Source: an uncultured Desulfobacter sp. (GTDB lineage: Bacteria > Desulfobacterota > Desulfobacteria > Desulfobacterales > Desulfobacteraceae). Taken from it: a stretch of DNA of 64,000 bases. Below the pieces are notes generated by a model. It did not search any database and had not been told where the DNA came from. It saw only the letters and a program-made list of their open reading frames with translations. A program made the translations under genes and the position numbers. The DNA lies in NCBI GenBank assembly GCA_963665095.1, contig OY762069.1:4128001-4192000 (forward strand), read 5' to 3'. Position 1 is the first letter of the stretch. Each line of letters begins with the position of its first letter. Positions 59,153 through 64,000 of this stretch are shown piece by piece.

Positions 59153-59824
59153 TTATGCCTGGGAGTATCCTGCGGTCCTGCCGCAGGTCTCAGATAACTC
59201 TTTAATTAAGGCCTCATCCCTGCAGCCCAGAGCTTTGAGGGCAAACAGAAACAGGGTGTCTATAATTTCGTCCACAGCCAGGCCGCCACTGGGTTTGTAC
59301 CAGACCCTGGCCCGGGCAATAATGGAGGAGATGGCAAAGGAGGCCATTTTCACGTCGGTCTGTTCAAATACGCCTTCATTGATCCCCCGCTTGATCACAT
59401 GGCGCAGGATTTGGTCGTAGGCATCTCTTTTTTCGATGATTACCCGCTGATGGGGTTTGTTCAGGCTGCGAAGGCTGGCATCAAACAGCACCCTGGAGGT
59501 GCGCATTTTGCCCAGGGTCACCTTACCGTGGGAAATAAAAATCGCCTTGAGCATTTCCACAGGCGGAGTTTGCTCATCATCAATAAATCCGTTTATCGGC
59601 TCGTTAATGGCTTCCATTTCCTGGCCCAGAATCTCAAAAAGAATCTCCTCCTTACTGGGAAAAAAGTTGTAGATATTTGCAGGTTCGCATCCATATGCCG
59701 CTGCAATGTCCCGGACAGTGGTGTTGTGATAGCCTTTTTTCCCGAAAAGTGCCCTTGCTTTGGACATGATGGTATTGCGTACCCGGCTGGGTTTCTTAGG
59801 CCGGCCCCTTTTCGCTTTTTCCAT
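59153..59824 (-). CDS. TetR-family regulator
   Basis: GYHNTTVRDIAAAYGCEPANIYNFFPSKEEIL; heads the beta-oxidation operon on the same strand. Confidence 0.9.
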   Translation of the reverse strand: MEKAKRGRPKKPSRVRNTIMSKARALFGKKGYHNTTVRDIAAAYGCEPANIYNFFPSKEEILFEILGQEMEAINEPINGFIDDEQTPPVEMLKAIFISHGKVTLGKMRTSRVLFDASLRSLNKPHQRVIIEKRDAYDQILRHVIKRGINEGVFEQTDVKMASFAISSIIARARVWYKPSGGLAVDEIIDTLFLFALKALGCRDEALIKELSETCGRTAGYSQA

Positions 59825-60241
59825 TTTATTCCTCATATTTTACGGTAGTTAACCCGTTGACTTTGAAGTTAATTGCTTGGCGGCTAATACCTCCTGAATA
59901 AACAAATGTCATTAACCGTCTGTTGTTTTATAAATACCGTAAAAAAACGTGTCAAGCGCTTTCCCCCTTTAACGGTAGACCAAATGTTCCGCCAGCTACG
60001 TTTACTTTTTCCTGTCAGACTGTTTCCGGGGGCTCAGACTTTCGTTTCCGCGACTATCCTTATCTATTTTTAATTAACACAATTAACATGAATTCTGTTA
60101 ATGTTAATTAACATATTTTCTATAATTCTAAAATTTTATGATGTCAACAATTTTTATCTTCTGGGGTTCAAATTATTTCACCGGCAATCGCCGTATAGGA
60201 ATTGTTTTCAATGCCATGTGGCGCGACCGCTCTCTTCTTAC

Positions 60242-60293
60242 ATTAAATCAATTGATTTAATCATTTGACTTAATCAATCGAATGAATTATTTT
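60242..60293 (+). promoter_or_regulatory. Promoter with overlapping palindromic operator(s) for the efflux operon
   Basis: Perfect 20-bp palindrome ATTAAATCAATTGATTTAAT (60242-60261); TTGACT (60265-60270), 17 bp, TATTTT, with imperfect palindrome TAATCAATCGAATGAATTA in the spacer. Confidence 0.65.
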
Positions 60294-60334
60294 CACTTCC
60301 AGAAAACCAACCAGTAACACAACACGGAAATATT

Positions 60335-61012
60335 GTGGCAAAAAGAAAAAAAGAACCCTCCCCCGGAACCCGGGAACGTTTGCTTGAAGCGGCCATAGAC
60401 GTATTTGGCAGACACGGCTTTGACCCTGCGACCACCCGGATGATTGCCAAAGCGGCCAATGTGAACATTGCGGCCATCCCCTATTACTTCGGGGGTAAAA
60501 TAGGGCTTTACCAGGCGGTTGTCAGCTATCTTGTGGAACAGATCAAAGCAGAAGCCGGAGAGCTGCTTGAGAAGACAGCAGGTGTCACCTTCACAGGAGA
60601 TGAAGGGCGACAGCAGGCGCAAGGCCTGCTCAAGGCAGCCCTGGACCGGTTCATAAGCTTTATGCTGGGTTCGGAACAGGGACCGCGGTTTTCCAGAATT
60701 TTCCTGCGGGAGCAGATGTTCCCGAGCCCGGCCTATGACATTATTTTTTCCGGTTTTCTGGGACCGGTCTTAAATGCACTATCCAATCTGATCATTTGCG
60801 CCACAGGTGAATCCTGCCCACGGAAGGCCAAATTGCGCGCCATGACCCTCATGGGCCAGGTGATTGTTTTCAGGGTGGCCCGGGAAACCATTGTCCGGGG
60901 ACTCGACCTTGAAGGATATTCCAGTGAAGAACTTGATGAGATCCGGGAAATAATTATGGCCAATACCATGGCCATTCTTGAGAACCCGGCAAATAGAGAG
61001 GCAAACTTATAA
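60335..61012 (+). CDS. TetR-family regulator, CecR/YbiH-like
   Basis: ATTRMIAKAANVNIAAIPYYFGGKIGLY, REQMFPS, MGQVIVFR; first gene of a ybhGFS-like operon. Confidence 0.85.
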   Translation: MAKRKKEPSPGTRERLLEAAIDVFGRHGFDPATTRMIAKAANVNIAAIPYYFGGKIGLYQAVVSYLVEQIKAEAGELLEKTAGVTFTGDEGRQQAQGLLKAALDRFISFMLGSEQGPRFSRIFLREQMFPSPAYDIIFSGFLGPVLNALSNLIICATGESCPRKAKLRAMTLMGQVIVFRVARETIVRGLDLEGYSSEELDEIREIIMANTMAILENPANREANL

Positions 61013-61027
61013 TAACAGGACATTATC

Positions 61028-62059
61028 ATGAAAAAAGCACTCCCTGTCATCCTCCTGATCCTTGCCGCAGCCGGTGCATATACTTACTGGCAGGACCTGA
61101 ATAAGCAGCAGGATGAAAATTCCGGCATTCTTAAAATCTACGGCACCATTGATATCCGGGATGCGTCACTTGCCTTTACAGAGCAGGAGCGAATTGAAGA
61201 AATTCTGGTTGAGGAGGGCACGCATGTGGAAAAGGGACAGGTGCTGGCTAGGCTTCGCACGGCAAAGCTGGATACTCAAATTGCACAGACCCAAGCGGAA
61301 TTTGCCGCCCAGAAGGAGGTTGTGGCCCGCCTGGAAGCAGGCAACCGACCCCAGGAGATCGACCAGGCCAGAGCCGAGGTTGAGGCAGCCCGGGCTCGGG
61401 TAAAAAATATCGGAAAAACTGTGGAAAGATTGGAAGCCACCTCACGGGCAGGGGCGTCCAGCGTTCAGAACCGAGATAATGCCCAGGCACAGCTCAAAGT
61501 TGAAAAGGCTCAGCTAAGGGCCAGCCAGAAAGCACTGAGCCTGATGCTGGAGGGGCCGCGCAAGGAGGATATCGCCGCCGCCCGATACCAGCTTGAGGCG
61601 CTTCAGGCAGGCCTTGAACAACTTAAAATCCGCTGGTCGGACATGACCCTGACCGCCCCTGCAAAGGGGATTATCCAATCCAGGATTCTGGAAAAAGGGG
61701 AACTTGCCGGGCCTTCCAAGCCTGTATTTGTCCTGGCCCTCACCGATCCCAAATGGGTGCGGGCTTACGTGCCGGAGCCCATGCTGGGCAAAATCAATTT
61801 GGGGATGTCCGCACAGATATACACCGACTCCCTGCCGGGACAGTCGCTTGAAGGATGGGTGGGATTTATTTCCCCGGTGGCGGAATTCACCCCCCGGGCC
61901 GTGGCCACTGAAGACCTGCGCACCCAGCTGGTATATGAGACACGGATTTTTGTGAAGGATCCCCGGGATCTGCTGCGTTTAGGCACACCCGTTACGGTGA
62001 CCATCAGCGAGAACCAGCCTGGCATTCAGGCAACGAATTCCGCCCGGCCGGCCAACTGA
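61028..62059 (+). CDS. HlyD/YbhG-like membrane fusion protein
   Basis: N-terminal TM, coiled-coil, WVRAYVPE, FISPVAEFTP. Confidence 0.9.
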   Translation: MKKALPVILLILAAAGAYTYWQDLNKQQDENSGILKIYGTIDIRDASLAFTEQERIEEILVEEGTHVEKGQVLARLRTAKLDTQIAQTQAEFAAQKEVVARLEAGNRPQEIDQARAEVEAARARVKNIGKTVERLEATSRAGASSVQNRDNAQAQLKVEKAQLRASQKALSLMLEGPRKEDIAAARYQLEALQAGLEQLKIRWSDMTLTAPAKGIIQSRILEKGELAGPSKPVFVLALTDPKWVRAYVPEPMLGKINLGMSAQIYTDSLPGQSLEGWVGFISPVAEFTPRAVATEDLRTQLVYETRIFVKDPRDLLRLGTPVTVTISENQPGIQATNSARPAN

Positions 62060-62083
62060 CATCGGGTATAGGCGCGAATACAG

Positions 62084-63952
62084 ATGAACAGCACAGCATT
62101 ATCAATTAATAATCCGGGACCGGAGGATAACATACTTATGTCTGCGGACAGGGTGTGTAAAACCTTTGCCCTTAAATCCGGTGCTAAAACAAAGGCCCTG
62201 GAAGATGTAAGCCTTAAGATTTTCAAAGGCCGGGTAACCGGACTGGTGGGGGCGGACGGGGCCGGGAAAACCACGTTGATACGTATTGCTGCAGGTCTTC
62301 TGGTGCCATCTTCCGGTAATATGACCCTGCTGGGCATGGACAGTGTGACCCACAGCCTGGAGATCCAGAGCCGGGTGGGCTATATGCCCCAGAAATTCGG
62401 TCTGTACCAGGACCTGACAGTGATGGAAAACCTCAGGCTTTATGCAGATCTCCAGGGTGTGTCGCGAAAGGAGCGGGGGACCCGGTTTGACCGGCTGCTG
62501 GCCATGACCGATCTGGCCCCATATACCGGAAGACGGGCTGGGGCCCTTTCCGGCGGTATGAAACAGAAGCTGGGCCTGGCCTGTGCCCTGGTTAAATCCC
62601 CGGAACTGCTTCTTCTGGATGAACCTACCGTTGGGGTGGACCCTGTCTCCCGGCGGGAATTGTGGAAAATTGTCTATGAACTGGTGGAAAAGGACCGCAT
62701 CGGGGTGCTTGTCTCCACAGCCTATCTGGACGAGGCACAGCGTTGTGATCAGGTAAAGGTTCTGCACCATGGGCGCCTGATGGCACAAGGTCCCCCGGAC
62801 AGCTTTACTGCCGGAATGGCAGGCCGGGTATTCCTGGTTTCCCCGGATGAACAGACCCGGGCCAGACAGATCTACACCCGTCTTGCGGGGCAGGAAGGCA
62901 TTTCAGATACCACCATCCGGTCCGGGCGGGTGCGGGTGGTCCTTAATGGCCAGAATTCGGGAGAGACCCATATTTCAAAATTATTGGGCAGCCGGACCGT
63001 TACAGTAACGGCAGCATCCCCCTCCTTTGAAGATGCCTTTATGGCGTTGATCCCCAAGGAAGATGCCCTGCTTCAACTGCACGGGCCCGATGGGCTAAAG
63101 GAAAAACCATCTGCAAGCATCACTGCAGAAGAGCGCCCTGTGGTGGTCACTGAAGATCTTTGCAAAATGTTTGGTGATTTTGCTGCGGTCAGCGACTTAA
63201 GCTTTGATGTCCGCCGGGGAGAAATTTTCGGACTGCTGGGTCCCAACGGCGCCGGCAAAAGTACCACCTTCCGCATGCTTTGCGGTCTTCTTCCCGCCAC
63301 CTCCGGCCAGATCCGGGTGGCAGGAAGAAACCTTCGCAAATCCAGGGCCAAAGCCAGATCCCGTCTGGGGTACATGGCCCAGCAGTTTTCCCTTTACGGC
63401 CAGCTCAGTGTGGTGGAAAATTTTAAATTTTTCGGCCGGGCCTATGGGCTTTCTGGAAAGCGGCTCACAGAGCGAATGACCTGGGCCTTTGCCGAGTTCG
63501 GGTTGGAATCCTGGCAGGACAAGCCCGCAGCAGCGCTTCCCGGGGGCTACAAGCAGCGCCTGGCCATGGCCACGGCACTTCTTCATGAGCCGGATATCCT
63601 GTTTCTTGACGAGCCCACCTCAGGGGTGGATCCCTTTGCCCGAAGGGAATTCTGGTTGCGCATCAACGGATTTGCCGAACAGGGGGTAACGGTCATTGTC
63701 ACCACCCATTTTATGGAAGAAGCAGAATATTGTGACCGCATGCTGATCATGAGCCGGGGTAAAACCCTGGCCATGGGCACACCCGGGCAAATCCGCAACC
63801 TGGCAAAAACTGATGACAACCCTTATCCCACCATGGACGACGCATTTATTGCCCTTTCCGAAGGAAGTGTGATACCCGGGCACACCAACCAAAAACCAGC
63901 CGGCCAGGAATCCCAGAAAATAACGGCAAGACACCAGGGAGACCAGCCATGA
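62084..63952 (+). CDS. ABC transporter ATP-binding protein with two NBDs (YbhF-like)
   Basis: GADGAGKT/LSGGMKQK/LLDEPT and GPNGAGKS/LPGGYKQR/FLDEPT. Confidence 0.92.
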   Translation: MNSTALSINNPGPEDNILMSADRVCKTFALKSGAKTKALEDVSLKIFKGRVTGLVGADGAGKTTLIRIAAGLLVPSSGNMTLLGMDSVTHSLEIQSRVGYMPQKFGLYQDLTVMENLRLYADLQGVSRKERGTRFDRLLAMTDLAPYTGRRAGALSGGMKQKLGLACALVKSPELLLLDEPTVGVDPVSRRELWKIVYELVEKDRIGVLVSTAYLDEAQRCDQVKVLHHGRLMAQGPPDSFTAGMAGRVFLVSPDEQTRARQIYTRLAGQEGISDTTIRSGRVRVVLNGQNSGETHISKLLGSRTVTVTAASPSFEDAFMALIPKEDALLQLHGPDGLKEKPSASITAEERPVVVTEDLCKMFGDFAAVSDLSFDVRRGEIFGLLGPNGAGKSTTFRMLCGLLPATSGQIRVAGRNLRKSRAKARSRLGYMAQQFSLYGQLSVVENFKFFGRAYGLSGKRLTERMTWAFAEFGLESWQDKPAAALPGGYKQRLAMATALLHEPDILFLDEPTSGVDPFARREFWLRINGFAEQGVTVIVTTHFMEEAEYCDRMLIMSRGKTLAMGTPGQIRNLAKTDDNPYPTMDDAFIALSEGSVIPGHTNQKPAGQESQKITARHQGDQP

Positions 63953-64000
63953 CCCGTTTTTTCATGCGCCTTTTCGGGGTGCTGCGCAAAGAGACCCTCC
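63949..64000 (+). CDS. ABC transporter permease (YbhS-like), 5' fragment
   Basis: ATGA overlap with the ATPase stop; MTRFFMRLFGVLRKETL resembles ABC-2 permease N-termini. Confidence 0.65.
   Translation, partial: MTRFFMRLFGVLRKETL

Noticed and set aside
1..64000. CRISPR array, prophage, integrase, rRNA
   Set aside because: No regularly spaced repeats, phage genes, recombinase or rRNA signatures were seen by eye.

Overview
Bacterial chromosomal window whose gene content suggests an anaerobic deltaproteobacterium (Desulfobacteraceae-like; inferred, not verified). In order: (1) housekeeping rimO (5' part missing), a polyprenyl synthase, a hypothetical gene and tRNA-Val(GAC). (2) A short AT-rich patch with an orphan IS66 tnpB and a GNAT gene. 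(3) A ~21 kb minus-strand operon for an unusual lipid or aryl-polyene-like product: CoA ligase, MIO ammonia-lyase, GT2, two acyltransferases, MMPL exporter, FAD oxidoreductase, four intact ketosynthases plus a truncated KS partner, FabG, thioesterase and three tandem B12-dependent radical SAM enzymes, with no ACP or dehydratase visible. (4) Orphan DNA methyltransferase, cysC, tpx, DUF4197, a beta-CASP nuclease and an MFS transporter. (5) A cobalamin riboswitch controlling a TonB receptor and a secreted beta-propeller protein. (6) An rsgA homologue behind a long structured leader with an unannotated uORF. (7) Carboxy(nor)spermidine synthesis genes. (8) A decay zone with a 64-bp perfect palindrome, a collapsed thiolase, a frameshifted IS1634 and a truncated GNAT. 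(9) A TetR-led beta-oxidation operon headed by a 4-hydroxybutyryl-CoA dehydratase, whose acyl-CoA ligase is frameshifted. (10) The start of a CecR/YbhGFS-type ABC efflux operon. All family calls come from motif recognition; no database searches were run.
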